From a bacterium (GTDB lineage: Bacteria > Bacillota_I > Bacilli_A > RF39 > UBA660): a stretch of 64,000 bases of DNA. A program made the translations under genes and the position numbers. Position 1 is the first letter of the stretch. The number at the start of each line of letters is the position of its first letter. Positions 41,108-51,466 of the stretch are shown piece after piece. The stretch is from positions 230 to 64,229 of the forward strand of contig JAQXOT010000006.1 in NCBI GenBank assembly GCA_029099845.1, read 5' to 3'. Below the pieces are notes generated by a model. That model saw only the letters and a program-made list of their open reading frames with translations, made no database searches and had not been told where the DNA came from.

Positions 41108-42559
41108 CTACTCTTTATAAGAGATATCATAATTACTTGGGCCTTCTATGCATTTACCATCTATATCAAATCTAGAACCATGGCACGGACAATCCCAAGT
41201 TTTTTCTACTTCATTAAAAACTAAACTACACTTCATATGTGGACACTTATTAAAAACAATATGTTTTCTTTTTTCTGAATCAATATAAATACCTACTTTT
41301 TCCCCTTTTCTAGTCGCAAATTTTACATTTAAAGAATACCAAGCTTTTTGTTTTTTAATCTTTGTTTTCATATAAGAATATAAACTACTTCCCATCACTA
41401 AAAAAGCTCTTCCCACTACTAAAGCATTAGATTTACGCCTAGGATTAAATAATTCTATATACTTATTTTCTCTTTCTAAAATTATATCACTCAAAATCTT
41501 TCCCGCTAAAACTCCATTAGTCATTCCCCAAGTATTATAACCAGTTCCAATTAAAAGTTTATTATTAATCTTACCAATAAAGGGTAAAGAATCAATTGTC
41601 ATGATATCTTTATTAGACCATAAATATTCCACTTTTGTATTCTTTTCATTAACTAATTTTTGAAAATTAGCCTCATCATTATTTTTAATAGCCAAATTAT
41701 GTACCTGACTTAAATATAACTGATAATTTAAATTATGCTTAGAATAATATCGCATTGAAAAAATTGGTTTTTCAATACTTATTGCACTAAAATTATAGCT
41801 TTTATCTACTTTAAAAGCTTCAATATAGGACTTTTCTAAATAAGCTTTAAATATTAACCAAAATGGTTTAAAAAAATAAGGATAATGCGTCGCTAAAACA
41901 ACATATTTAGTTCTAATCCTATTATTTTCAGTATAACAAACATAACCCTCACTATCTTCAGTCATTGAAATTATTTTTGTATTCTCATAAATAGAAATAC
42001 CCTTATCAAAACAAATTTTAGCCAACTTTTGAATATATTTAATAGGATGAAAAACATATGTATCTTTTACATAAAAAGATTTTTCCTTTTTATTTTCATT
42101 AGGTAAACTCTTAGTAGAAAAGGTTTTAATTCCCATACTTTCTAATAATCTTTGATTTTTTCTTAATCTTTCGAACCTAGCGTCTGCAACAAGATATGAA
42201 TTAACCTTCTCCAAATCACAATCTATTTTTTCTTTTTTAATAATTTTTTTAGCTAAATTAATTGCCTCAATTTGTGACTCAATATACATTTTTGTTTTCA
42301 AAAGACCTTGATAAATTTTTATCTTGAATATATCTCCCTGTAAATAAGTAAGTTTTCCAGTTGTTCTACTAGTAACACCACTCCCAAGCAAATTTTTTTC
42401 TACTAAACAAACACTTAAACCACTATCAAGCAAATTATAAGCAACATTTATTCCCGTCATTCCCCCACCAATAATTAATACGTCAACATCAATATCTTCC
42501 TTTAATGATTCATATGTAGTACCACAAATTTCATAAGACCAAATACTCTTATTTTTCAT
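41108..42559 (-). CDS. FAD-dependent oxidoreductase fused to a C-terminal Rieske [2Fe-2S] domain
   Basis: VLIIGGGMTGI dinucleotide-binding motif and the Rieske motifs CPHMKC and CPCHGS. Confidence 0.8.
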   Translation of the reverse strand: MKNKSIWSYEICGTTYESLKEDIDVDVLIIGGGMTGINVAYNLLDSGLSVCLVEKNLLGSGVTSRTTGKLTYLQGDIFKIKIYQGLLKTKMYIESQIEAINLAKKIIKKEKIDCDLEKVNSYLVADARFERLRKNQRLLESMGIKTFSTKSLPNENKKEKSFYVKDTYVFHPIKYIQKLAKICFDKGISIYENTKIISMTEDSEGYVCYTENNRIRTKYVVLATHYPYFFKPFWLIFKAYLEKSYIEAFKVDKSYNFSAISIEKPIFSMRYYSKHNLNYQLYLSQVHNLAIKNNDEANFQKLVNEKNTKVEYLWSNKDIMTIDSLPFIGKINNKLLIGTGYNTWGMTNGVLAGKILSDIILERENKYIELFNPRRKSNALVVGRAFLVMGSSLYSYMKTKIKKQKAWYSLNVKFATRKGEKVGIYIDSEKRKHIVFNKCPHMKCSLVFNEVEKTWDCPCHGSRFDIDGKCIEGPSNYDISYKE

Positions 42560-42634
42560 AAAATCACCATTATTATTATGAATTAAAAAGAAAAAAATAT
42601 AACTAACATAGTTTTTTATTAAATAGTAAAAATA

Positions 42635-42667
42635 AAAGCATACACTTTTTTTGTGTATGCTTTTATC
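42635..42667. terminator. terminator hairpin downstream of the M15 hydrolase gene
   Basis: AAAGCATACAC-ttttttt-GTGTATGCTTT. Confidence 0.6.
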
Positions 42668-42686
42668 TTATTTTTCTTTTATTCTA

Positions 42687-44462
42687 TTACTCGCAAGTAA
42701 TTCTCTGCTTATTAGCCGATGAACAGCCACCTGCTCGAACTTCAAAATGCATAGGGTCAAAATAAGCTGGGCTCCAATTTCCACCCCAACACCAACCATT
42801 GCCTTCAAAATATCTCTTAAAAATAATATAATTAATGTTATATTGACAATCTTCTTGACCATCGCAAACTTCACAAATAAATTTTTTATACTTTGTCCAT
42901 GTCCATGTTCCTTGACCACCATATGGATTATAAACTGTACCATCACTTCCTGTATAAGTCCATAAATCATTAAGATCTATTGCTAAACCTTGTGAATGAT
43001 AATCATGTTCCGTAATCGTTCTGTTTACATAAGCTCCATCATGCTGTAAAGTAGCAATCCAAGGCGTTTTATTAACATAAGTACAAACATTCTTAAATAT
43101 ATTATGTGTCTGATCCGCAATCGCACTATTAAAAGCAATTTTTTTAGCAACATTAACATAGCCACCAGCTGTAATCGTGCATCCTAAATCTGTTGCATCT
43201 ATATATTTAATATCAACTTTAACTGGTTTAGTAATTGTAACCTTATTATCATCATCAACTAAATATTCATCAGGAACAACTGGTACTACACAACTAGCTG
43301 TACCATAATTATTAGCTTTATCATAAAAGCCAACCTCTACCGTTGAATCTTCCTTAAGATATTCCCCTAAAGTAATTGAACTAACATTATACTTTTTATC
43401 CTTATACACATAGCTTTTAATCCCCATATTATCAAGAGCCACAATATCTATAACACTACCACTATCATCATGCCTAATGCTACAACTACCCGTAGGTTTT
43501 TCTTTATCAATATTTTTTACTGCATAAGTATATCTTTTCCCTAAACCAACCGCATTATAAACTTCAAAAGAATAATTGCCATTACTAGTAACTGGATAAG
43601 TATAAGTAGCGGAATTAACCTTTTCCCCGTTAGGTAAAACCATATAACTAAATATATCAGAAGTAACACTAATGGTAAGATTAATATCATCTTTTGTTAT
43701 TGTCGTAACACTTGGCTTAATTGTTGCTGAAATATCAACAACATTAACTTTTCTTGAAACAGAAACACTTCTATTTTTTGAATCTGAAATAGTATATGTT
43801 AATACATACTCTCCAACTTTTGATGTATCAACAGAACCCGTAGTCTTAATATTTTTAGTTATATCTTCCCCACTTTTATTAACCGCACTAGCTCCTAAGT
43901 CTTGATAATTTGCTCCCTTAAGCACATATACCACTGGTGATCCACTTAAATAAATCGTCACAACAGAATCGGGATCCGTGGCCTCAACCTTACCATCCGA
44001 AGAATCACTTCCTAATGATGGAGAAATATCTGTCGTACTACTATTAGAATTTACCTCTTCCTTTTCATCTGAAGCAGTTTTTTTACTTACTACTACTGTT
44101 CTAAATAAAGTAGGCTCTATTCCTTTATAATTTAGCGTATATGCTATTTTATAAGTTCCAACAACGCTAGTATCAACATCACCATCAATTTTAACATAAC
44201 TACTTACATCACCAGCGATATTGCTATCAGCATAATAACCTTCTTCTACATAATCATCATCAATATTTATAACTACTTTCTTTTTACCTTTTAAATTAAA
44301 AGTTACTTTTTCCTCCGCACTAACTTGACTTTCTAATACCTCTTCTTTACTTTTTGTCTTACTATTGATTAAAAAATAGATTGCAAAAACTACAAATAAA
44401 CTACTAAAAACAATTATCCAAATATTTATTAAAGCTTTAACTTTATTATTATCTACCTTCAT
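42687..44462 (-). CDS. membrane-anchored cell-wall protein with Ig-like domains and a C-terminal M15 (VanY/LAS-type) peptidase domain
   Basis: N-terminal TM helix and repeated Ig-like segments (VGTYKIAYT, VGEYVLTYT). HSQGLAIDL and DPMHFEV are metal ligand motifs of LAS peptidases. Confidence 0.68.
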   Translation of the reverse strand: MKVDNNKVKALINIWIIVFSSLFVVFAIYFLINSKTKSKEEVLESQVSAEEKVTFNLKGKKKVVINIDDDYVEEGYYADSNIAGDVSSYVKIDGDVDTSVVGTYKIAYTLNYKGIEPTLFRTVVVSKKTASDEKEEVNSNSSTTDISPSLGSDSSDGKVEATDPDSVVTIYLSGSPVVYVLKGANYQDLGASAVNKSGEDITKNIKTTGSVDTSKVGEYVLTYTISDSKNRSVSVSRKVNVVDISATIKPSVTTITKDDINLTISVTSDIFSYMVLPNGEKVNSATYTYPVTSNGNYSFEVYNAVGLGKRYTYAVKNIDKEKPTGSCSIRHDDSGSVIDIVALDNMGIKSYVYKDKKYNVSSITLGEYLKEDSTVEVGFYDKANNYGTASCVVPVVPDEYLVDDDNKVTITKPVKVDIKYIDATDLGCTITAGGYVNVAKKIAFNSAIADQTHNIFKNVCTYVNKTPWIATLQHDGAYVNRTITEHDYHSQGLAIDLNDLWTYTGSDGTVYNPYGGQGTWTWTKYKKFICEVCDGQEDCQYNINYIIFKRYFEGNGWCWGGNWSPAYFDPMHFEVRAGGCSSANKQRITCE

Positions 44463-44482
44463 CCAATTAACCTCACTTCTCT

Positions 44483-46234
44483 TTATTCAACCGTAACACT
44501 TTTCGCTAAATTTCTCGGTTTATCTACATCACAACCTCTAAGTATTGCGACTTCATAGGCAATAAGTTGCAAACAAGGAACTACTAAAACAGCTTGGAAA
44601 AAGGTACTAACTTTAGGCAATAAAATTTCATCTTGATAACCATCTATTTTTTCATTGCATATAACAATAGGTAATGCTCCACGAGCTTTAACTTCTTCTA
44701 AGTTCGATAAAGTCTTTTCCTTAATATCATCATCTGTAATTATAGCTAAAACAGGCGTATTCTCCTCAATCAAGGAAATAGTTCCATGTTTTAATTCACC
44801 CGCTTGATATGCCTCACTATGAATATAAGAAATTTCTTTTAATTTCAAACTTCCCTCTAATGAAATTGCATAGTCTATTTTTCTTCCAATAAAGAAAATA
44901 TCTTCACTTTTAAAAATCTTTTTAGCTAGTTTTTTATAATCATCTCTTCGGTCAATAACTTCTTTTAATAATCTAGGTAATTTTTCTAAATCATTTTTAA
45001 CTAAATCTAATTTTAAAGCACTCTTACAACTTAATAAAGCCATTACTAAAACCTGTAAAATATAAGCTTTAGTCGTTGCTACCGCAACTTCTCTTCCCGC
45101 TTCAATATATATCTGCTGCTTACTTTCTCTTGCTATAGTAGAACCCTTAACATTAACAATAGCTAAAGTATCAATATTATTAGCCTTAGCTTTTCTAAGT
45201 GCTGCTATAGTATCAGCTGTTTCTCCCGATTGCGATATTACAATTACCAAAGTTTTTCTATTATAAAATACTCTCTTATAACGATACTCACTTGCAACCT
45301 CACAAACTACTTGAATATTAGTATTTTCTTCAATCAATGTTTTACCAATCATTCCCGCATACATAGCAGATCCACAAGCTACAATATGAATTTCTTCATA
45401 ATCATTTAAATTAGGAAACTCATCAATCTTCTCATAAAAGTTCTTAATCGCTCTTTCTACTAAAATAGGCTCCTCATTAATTTCTTTCAACATATAATAC
45501 TTATAGCCACATTTTCCTTTATCTTCATCAACAACACTAGTTTCTAATATATTTTTCTCAACTATTTTTTTTGAATTGTAAATATTTATTCCCTCAAAAC
45601 TTATTTGAGCAATTTCTCCTTCTTCTAGTAACATATATTTATTAGTATAATTAACAATTGCTGCTATATCACTAGCCATAAAATATTCATCTACTCCAAC
45701 CCCCAAAATAAGCGGTGAATCTTTTCTTATCGCATATAAATAATCTTCATCATCAAACATAATCCCTAAAGCATAGGAACCAACTACTAAATCAGTTGCC
45801 TTCCTTATGGCATCACAAGCATCACCATCATAATACTTATTAATTAAAGCTGCTATTACTTCTGTATCAGTATCCGTTTTAAAAGAAACTCCCTCTTGCT
45901 CTAATTTTTCTCTCAATTCAAAAGCATTTTCGATAATCCCATTATGAACAATCGTTACCTTACCAACAACATGAGGATGAGCATTTACTTCACTTGGCTT
46001 GCCATGTGTTGCCCACCTAGTATGTGCCAACCCCATATTAGCCCTAATAACATCTAATGTTTTAAGTTTATCTTCTAACATAGATACCTTACCAACACTC
46101 TTAATTACTTGAATACTTTTATTTTTTAAAGCTATCCCCGCTGAATCATATCCCCTATATTCTAAAGTTTTTAAACCATTAATTAAAACTTTAACCGCAT
46201 CATTTTTTCCCACATAACCAATAATTCCACACAT
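44483..46234 (-). CDS. glmS: glutamine--fructose-6-phosphate aminotransferase
   Basis: MCGIIGY N-terminal nucleophile, two SIS domains, and the C-terminal NLAKSVTVE. Confidence 0.92.
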   Translation of the reverse strand: MCGIIGYVGKNDAVKVLINGLKTLEYRGYDSAGIALKNKSIQVIKSVGKVSMLEDKLKTLDVIRANMGLAHTRWATHGKPSEVNAHPHVVGKVTIVHNGIIENAFELREKLEQEGVSFKTDTDTEVIAALINKYYDGDACDAIRKATDLVVGSYALGIMFDDEDYLYAIRKDSPLILGVGVDEYFMASDIAAIVNYTNKYMLLEEGEIAQISFEGINIYNSKKIVEKNILETSVVDEDKGKCGYKYYMLKEINEEPILVERAIKNFYEKIDEFPNLNDYEEIHIVACGSAMYAGMIGKTLIEENTNIQVVCEVASEYRYKRVFYNRKTLVIVISQSGETADTIAALRKAKANNIDTLAIVNVKGSTIARESKQQIYIEAGREVAVATTKAYILQVLVMALLSCKSALKLDLVKNDLEKLPRLLKEVIDRRDDYKKLAKKIFKSEDIFFIGRKIDYAISLEGSLKLKEISYIHSEAYQAGELKHGTISLIEENTPVLAIITDDDIKEKTLSNLEEVKARGALPIVICNEKIDGYQDEILLPKVSTFFQAVLVVPCLQLIAYEVAILRGCDVDKPRNLAKSVTVE

Positions 46235-46361
46235 AAATATCCTCCTTTAACTATTAAAATTACTATCATTATATTCTAAAAACGGTGCATAATAAACCTA
46301 TCATACTATAAATAGTATATAACAAAAAAAAGAAGTTGACAAATAACTCCTCTTTATAATT

Positions 46362-47318
46362 TTACTCTACCCCTTCACCTAAATTTTCATATATTTCATT
46401 TTGTTCATTATATTCTGCAATTTGATCAGAAAATAAAGTATTAAATGTTGCCATAGATTTTTCTATAACATCAGGATAAATATTTTTACTATTTAAAATG
46501 GCTACTTTAAAATCCATAACTCCAACTTCAGTTCTATTATCAAATAAAGCATTAGAAAAAGCTTCTTGTACTAAAGTAAGTGAAACATCCGGATATCTAG
46601 ACCCAATCTCATAAATTCTCTTATATTCACTTGTAATATCAGTAATAAATTCCATCATTCTTCTTTGAATAAATGGTGTATATTTCATTTTTGCACCTGT
46701 TCTTGCTTCTATTTTAGGTAAAGTTCCCATCAATATTTCAATATTTTCTTCCCTTGTTGGCTCATTTACTAAAACCTTTTGAAATCTTCTAACAAAAGCT
46801 TTATCCCTTAAAATATATCTTTCATATTCATCCGTTGTTGTTGCTCCAATTACTTTAATATCCCCACGATCAAGAGCTGGCTTAAACATATTGGCAAAAT
46901 CCAATGCCTCGCCCTTAGTTCCCATCAAAGTATGAATTTCATCAATAAATAAAATTAACTTACTTTTATCTTTTAACTCTTCAAGAAGCGTTTGAACTTT
47001 AGCCTCACCAGTAACTGGATCAACTCCCAACAAAGCCGAAGTATTAACTCTAATTACTTGATAATCTTTAAGTTTATCTGGTACCAATCCTTTTTGAATA
47101 CGATAAGCAAGACCTTCAACAATTGCTGTTTTACCAACACCAGGTTTACCAATTAAAACGGCCGATTTATCTGGTGTAAGTAGAATCAAAATTAATTCCT
47201 TAATTTGCTCATCTCTTCCTATTGCTGGATTAGTAATATAATCTTTATTTTGAAAATTTTCTCCATAATTATCCAAAATACTTATACGTTTGCTTTTAAG
47301 ATCAAATTCTTCCATCAT
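46362..47318 (-). CDS. orphan single-module Clp/Hsp100 D1-like AAA+ ATPase
   Basis: 318 aa. AIGRDEQIKELILIL, Walker A GKPGVGKT, Walker B ILFIDEIH, RRFQKV. No N-domain, M-domain or D2. Confidence 0.72.
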   Translation of the reverse strand: MMEEFDLKSKRISILDNYGENFQNKDYITNPAIGRDEQIKELILILLTPDKSAVLIGKPGVGKTAIVEGLAYRIQKGLVPDKLKDYQVIRVNTSALLGVDPVTGEAKVQTLLEELKDKSKLILFIDEIHTLMGTKGEALDFANMFKPALDRGDIKVIGATTTDEYERYILRDKAFVRRFQKVLVNEPTREENIEILMGTLPKIEARTGAKMKYTPFIQRRMMEFITDITSEYKRIYEIGSRYPDVSLTLVQEAFSNALFDNRTEVGVMDFKVAILNSKNIYPDVIEKSMATFNTLFSDQIAEYNEQNEIYENLGEGVE

Positions 47319-47377
47319 CCTACACTCCTCTTGCTAATAATATTATACCACAACTAACATAATTAAAATATACTATC

Positions 47378-48253
47378 TTATTTCTTTTTTTCTTCTAGCG
47401 GATTAACATGAATAACTGTCAAATATATTTCTGGAAACTTATTACCTATTTCTTTTTCCAAATCATTAGCAATTTTATGGCTATCAAAAGTAGACATTTT
47501 ACCATCCACAAAAATCGTAAACGATATTTGATATTGATACCCTACTGGAGTAGCATTAAAATGAGTAACTTTTTTAATATCTTTATACTTTTTAATAACT
47601 TTATAAACTTCTTCTCTTGTTTCATTAGAAATTGCTTTATCCATTAAAACATCATAACTATCTATAAATATTTTATAAGCGGTATAAAAAATCCATAAAG
47701 AAATAAGTATTCCTACAACTCCATCGACAAAATAAATCTTCTTTAAACTTAATAAACACGCAACTAAATTTAAAAATGTAATCATACAATCATTTAAGTG
47801 ATCCTTTGAATTAGCAATAAGTAATAAATTATTATGTTTTTTACATAAATAATGAGTATAAATAAAAAGACTTACCTTTACAAATAATGTTATCCCACAC
47901 ACTACTACTAACCATATAGAAAATTCTACTTTATTATTGTTAATTAATGATGAGATTGAACTCTTAATAACTTGATATCCTAAAAATAGCATCGCAATAC
48001 TAATAAGCATTGAATAAATATATTCAGCTTTGCCATGTCCCAAATTATGATCATCATCACTAGGCTTTGAAGCAATTCTATTTCCTATAAAAGTCATAAT
48101 AGAAGAAAAAACATCACTAGCACTATTAAATGCATCAGCAAGCATCGCTTGACTATTAGTAAAAATACCAACAATTGCCTTTATAACTAGTAAAAACAAA
48201 TTACCAATAACTCCTAAAATACTGGCTCTTTTAATAGCTTTAAATTTGTCCAT
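47378..48253 (-). CDS. cation diffusion facilitator (CDF) family metal efflux transporter
   Basis: Six TM helices, LADAFNSASDV (TM2 metal site), DHLND (TM5), and a C-terminal cytoplasmic domain. Confidence 0.85.
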   Translation of the reverse strand: MDKFKAIKRASILGVIGNLFLLVIKAIVGIFTNSQAMLADAFNSASDVFSSIMTFIGNRIASKPSDDDHNLGHGKAEYIYSMLISIAMLFLGYQVIKSSISSLINNNKVEFSIWLVVVCGITLFVKVSLFIYTHYLCKKHNNLLLIANSKDHLNDCMITFLNLVACLLSLKKIYFVDGVVGILISLWIFYTAYKIFIDSYDVLMDKAISNETREEVYKVIKKYKDIKKVTHFNATPVGYQYQISFTIFVDGKMSTFDSHKIANDLEKEIGNKFPEIYLTVIHVNPLEEKKK

Positions 48254-48297
48254 TATATTATCTCCTCACTTATTAATTAAAGAAAAAAGCTTATTTA

Positions 48298-48762
48298 TCA
48301 TAAATCATAAGACTTTTTGTATTGAATAGGTTTCTCCGATATAACAATTCCTGCCCATTCCATATCATCCATAAAAGAATCTAGTTGGCATAATCTTTGT
48401 CTTTCCTTTAAGTATCCATTTCGATCAAAAATAATATCAGCATTTTTTAACTCACTTTTATATGGATAATCAAAAATTCCATTTTGATTATCACTAAATC
48501 TAGCATAAGAAACATTGCCTACTGAAATATTAATTCCTGTTGTATTAATAACCTGTTTTAATTCTTCTACCGAATAATCACCCTTAAATCGATAGTCAAT
48601 ATAAACTAATCTCAAAAAAACATCGGTAAGCTTATCATCTACTGCCCTAAAGCTAACATAAGCTCCCTCTACCATAAAATCATCAATAAATTGTGAAACA
48701 ACTGAAGATACATAATCAGAAATAATATCCAACTTTTTTTCTGCAATACTTATTTTTTTCAT
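48298..48762 (-). CDS. hypothetical protein
   Basis: 154-aa ORF. No family recognised. Confidence 0.4.
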   Translation of the reverse strand: MKKISIAEKKLDIISDYVSSVVSQFIDDFMVEGAYVSFRAVDDKLTDVFLRLVYIDYRFKGDYSVEELKQVINTTGINISVGNVSYARFSDNQNGIFDYPYKSELKNADIIFDRNGYLKERQRLCQLDSFMDDMEWAGIVISEKPIQYKKSYDL

Positions 48763-48771
48763 AAAAAACTC

Positions 48772-49440
48772 CTACTTTCCAACAACGACACACATTGAAA
48801 GACTAAAATCTGGAATCCGATCAGATACCCATTTATCTTTAACTTTTAAACCACACTCTGTAATTTCTTTTAAAAACGAATCCCAATCAACAATCCTACA
48901 ACTAGTAGAGGCAATATCCATCTCTTCATTTGTATTAACATTAATCTTTTTAATATCATCAAAAGCCAAATCTTTATCAGATGAATAACGTTCCTCACCA
49001 TCACCAATAACTGTAATAAAAGCGTATCCTCGATCAGTTAGATGCTCCTTAATAAATTTAAGAAACATTCTACGATGATAATCATCAATCAACGTACTTA
49101 AAACCGAAATAGAATAAATAAAATCAAACTTTTCAGCTAATTTAGCATTAATAATATCAAATTCCTTAAACTTATCTTTATATAAATAATTACTAAGCTC
49201 ATTACACTTCTTAATAGCTTCCTTTGAAGAATCAACACCTAAAACATTATAACCTTGACTTAATAAATAAATAGCATCTCTTCCTTCTCCACAACCAACT
49301 TCTAATATTTTACTATCTTTACTAATATCATACTTATTAATAACATCCATTACTTCTAAAGTGGGTATAAAAGAAAACCATAACGTATTTTTATCATGCA
49401 CCTGTTTATACCTTTTATCATAGGCTTTATAATAATCCAT
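48772..49440 (-). CDS. class I SAM-dependent methyltransferase
   Basis: Motif I ILEVGCGEGRDA. The likely start is MDYYKAYDKRY at 49440. Confidence 0.75.
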   Translation of the reverse strand: MDYYKAYDKRYKQVHDKNTLWFSFIPTLEVMDVINKYDISKDSKILEVGCGEGRDAIYLLSQGYNVLGVDSSKEAIKKCNELSNYLYKDKFKEFDIINAKLAEKFDFIYSISVLSTLIDDYHRRMFLKFIKEHLTDRGYAFITVIGDGEERYSSDKDLAFDDIKKINVNTNEEMDIASTSCRIVDWDSFLKEITECGLKVKDKWVSDRIPDFSLSMCVVVGK

Positions 49441-49497
49441 ATCAATCACCATTTTAAATATATCACAGCATAATTTTAGCAGCAATACTCTCCTATT

Positions 49498-50619
49498 TTA
49501 TTTTTTCTTAATTTTTGAAAAATCAATAATTTTTCTATTATTTGTCTGATTATCAGTATCCTTCTTTGCCCTATCAGGTTCTAAATCATCATAACTATAA
49601 TCAATAACATCACTACTAAACAATCTATTTGTTAAATTTGTAACTTTAGAAAGCAAATTAACTGAAGAAATATCTAAAACTTTATACTTAGAACCATCAT
49701 ATTTTAAATCCACCAAAGTATCATATTTTTTAAAAACATCTGTAACATGAAACTTATTAGTAACATAAGCAAGGACCTCATCAAAAGATAAATCCACCAT
49801 TGGATTATCAAGTAAATATTCACTCAATTCTCTTTCTACTAAATAAACCCTATAAGCATTAAGCTTGTCCATATATGTATCCCAATAACATTTAATTCTA
49901 TCAATATCTTTAAGTGGAGCATCAAAAAATTTAGAAAGCATATCTACTCTATTGGAATCAAATGCATACTCACCCAAAATATAATCATATTCGCTAATAT
50001 AATCATATAAAAAATTCATTGACCCATAATTTTCTAACTCTTCGACACTTTTAAATCTTTTATGAATCAAGTATTCTAAATTATCACATTTTTTTCCATA
50101 AAGTGCTTCATTAATCATTCTTCTTGCTACAAAATCTACAATTATAGGATTTCTTTCATACTGAATTGCTGTAAAAGCAAAACCTTCCCTACTTTGCATC
50201 CTTACATCTTCATCACTAACACTAACACAAGCGCGTATTCTTATTCGCTCCACCTCATAAAAACTCGCTGCTCTAATCGCAAAATCATTGACTGTTTTAC
50301 CTAATAAGTCACTCATTATAATATTTAATTCACTATATTCGTCACCAATTATTTTCTCTCCTTCAGTTAAAGAATCAATATAAGTATTAGCAACTTCAGT
50401 TATAAAATCCAAATCAGAACTAAATAATTTGATAACCCCTCTAACAAAAGCATAATCCTCTTTTACATCATCAGAACATAAATCATACATTTTTTTATCC
50501 ATAGTTCTTTCTAATACTTGCAACATAAAGCTTGGATCATTTTCAAGTTCACAAATATCATAACCTTTTATATCATTACCCCAAATATAATCATAAACAA
50601 CCCCTAAATTATAACCCAT
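49498..50619 (-). CDS. hypothetical helical protein
   Basis: 373-aa ORF. No family recognised. Confidence 0.45.
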   Translation of the reverse strand: MGYNLGVVYDYIWGNDIKGYDICELENDPSFMLQVLERTMDKKMYDLCSDDVKEDYAFVRGVIKLFSSDLDFITEVANTYIDSLTEGEKIIGDEYSELNIIMSDLLGKTVNDFAIRAASFYEVERIRIRACVSVSDEDVRMQSREGFAFTAIQYERNPIIVDFVARRMINEALYGKKCDNLEYLIHKRFKSVEELENYGSMNFLYDYISEYDYILGEYAFDSNRVDMLSKFFDAPLKDIDRIKCYWDTYMDKLNAYRVYLVERELSEYLLDNPMVDLSFDEVLAYVTNKFHVTDVFKKYDTLVDLKYDGSKYKVLDISSVNLLSKVTNLTNRLFSSDVIDYSYDDLEPDRAKKDTDNQTNNRKIIDFSKIKKK

Positions 50620-50665
50620 TCTATCACCTACTAATAACTGTAACTAAAACTAAAAGATCAATATA

Positions 50666-51466
50666 TTATTTTTTATCCTCTCTTTTTACTGTCAAAAACT
50701 TTCCAGCCAACCGATACTTATCATGATTAATAATATATAAATAACCAAAAATACTATAGACAACAGCCCCAACGAAATTTACTAATAAATCTTTCATCGT
50801 ATCATTTAAACCAATATCTAAATACCCATCAAGTTCTGCTAATTTATTATTATTTTTATCATATAAAATTACATGATCTATCCCATTAATTGTAACCACA
50901 TTATTATCTTGTTTTGGATCTAATGTAACCGTATTAATACTATAAACATATTTATCTTTTTGCATATCCTTCTTAAAGATTGTATCCATACCATATTCAA
51001 AAAATTCCCAAACAACACCAACTGTCATTGAAAAGCAAAAAGAAACTAAAACTACAAATATAGGGGATAATTTAAAGGAATGTGAATTCTCATTTAATAA
51101 ATAAACCAGAGAAAAACCAATACTAGCGCAAAGAAAACCATTCAAAGTATGTAGTATAGTATCCCATCCTGGAAAATTACCATAAAAATTATTAATTTCC
51201 CCCAAAATCTCTGCCGCAAATATAAATAAGAAAATTATAATTTCTAAAGCACTTGGTAAATCAATCTTAAACTTTTCTTCAATAAAGCCAGGTAATAAGA
51301 AAAGAAACAAAGATAGTAAACATAGTACTACATTCCAAATATTACCATGAAAAAGTTCCCTAATCATACAAAAAATAATTAATAATCTTAACAAAACATA
51401 AACAAATAATGTCTTTTTATCACTATAAACGTATGCTTTCTTTACCTTTTTAAATTTTTCACTCAT
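50666..51466 (-). CDS. polytopic membrane protein
   Basis: 266 aa with about six hydrophobic helices and one extracytoplasmic insert. Confidence 0.5.
   Translation of the reverse strand: MSEKFKKVKKAYVYSDKKTLFVYVLLRLLIIFCMIRELFHGNIWNVVLCLLSLFLFLLPGFIEEKFKIDLPSALEIIIFLFIFAAEILGEINNFYGNFPGWDTILHTLNGFLCASIGFSLVYLLNENSHSFKLSPIFVVLVSFCFSMTVGVVWEFFEYGMDTIFKKDMQKDKYVYSINTVTLDPKQDNNVVTINGIDHVILYDKNNNKLAELDGYLDIGLNDTMKDLLVNFVGAVVYSIFGYLYIINHDKYRLAGKFLTVKREDKK

Noticed and set aside
46235-46361. glmS ribozyme upstream of glmS
   Set aside because: The leader is too short and AT-rich and lacks any of the conserved GC-containing core. Its absence is reported as a finding instead.
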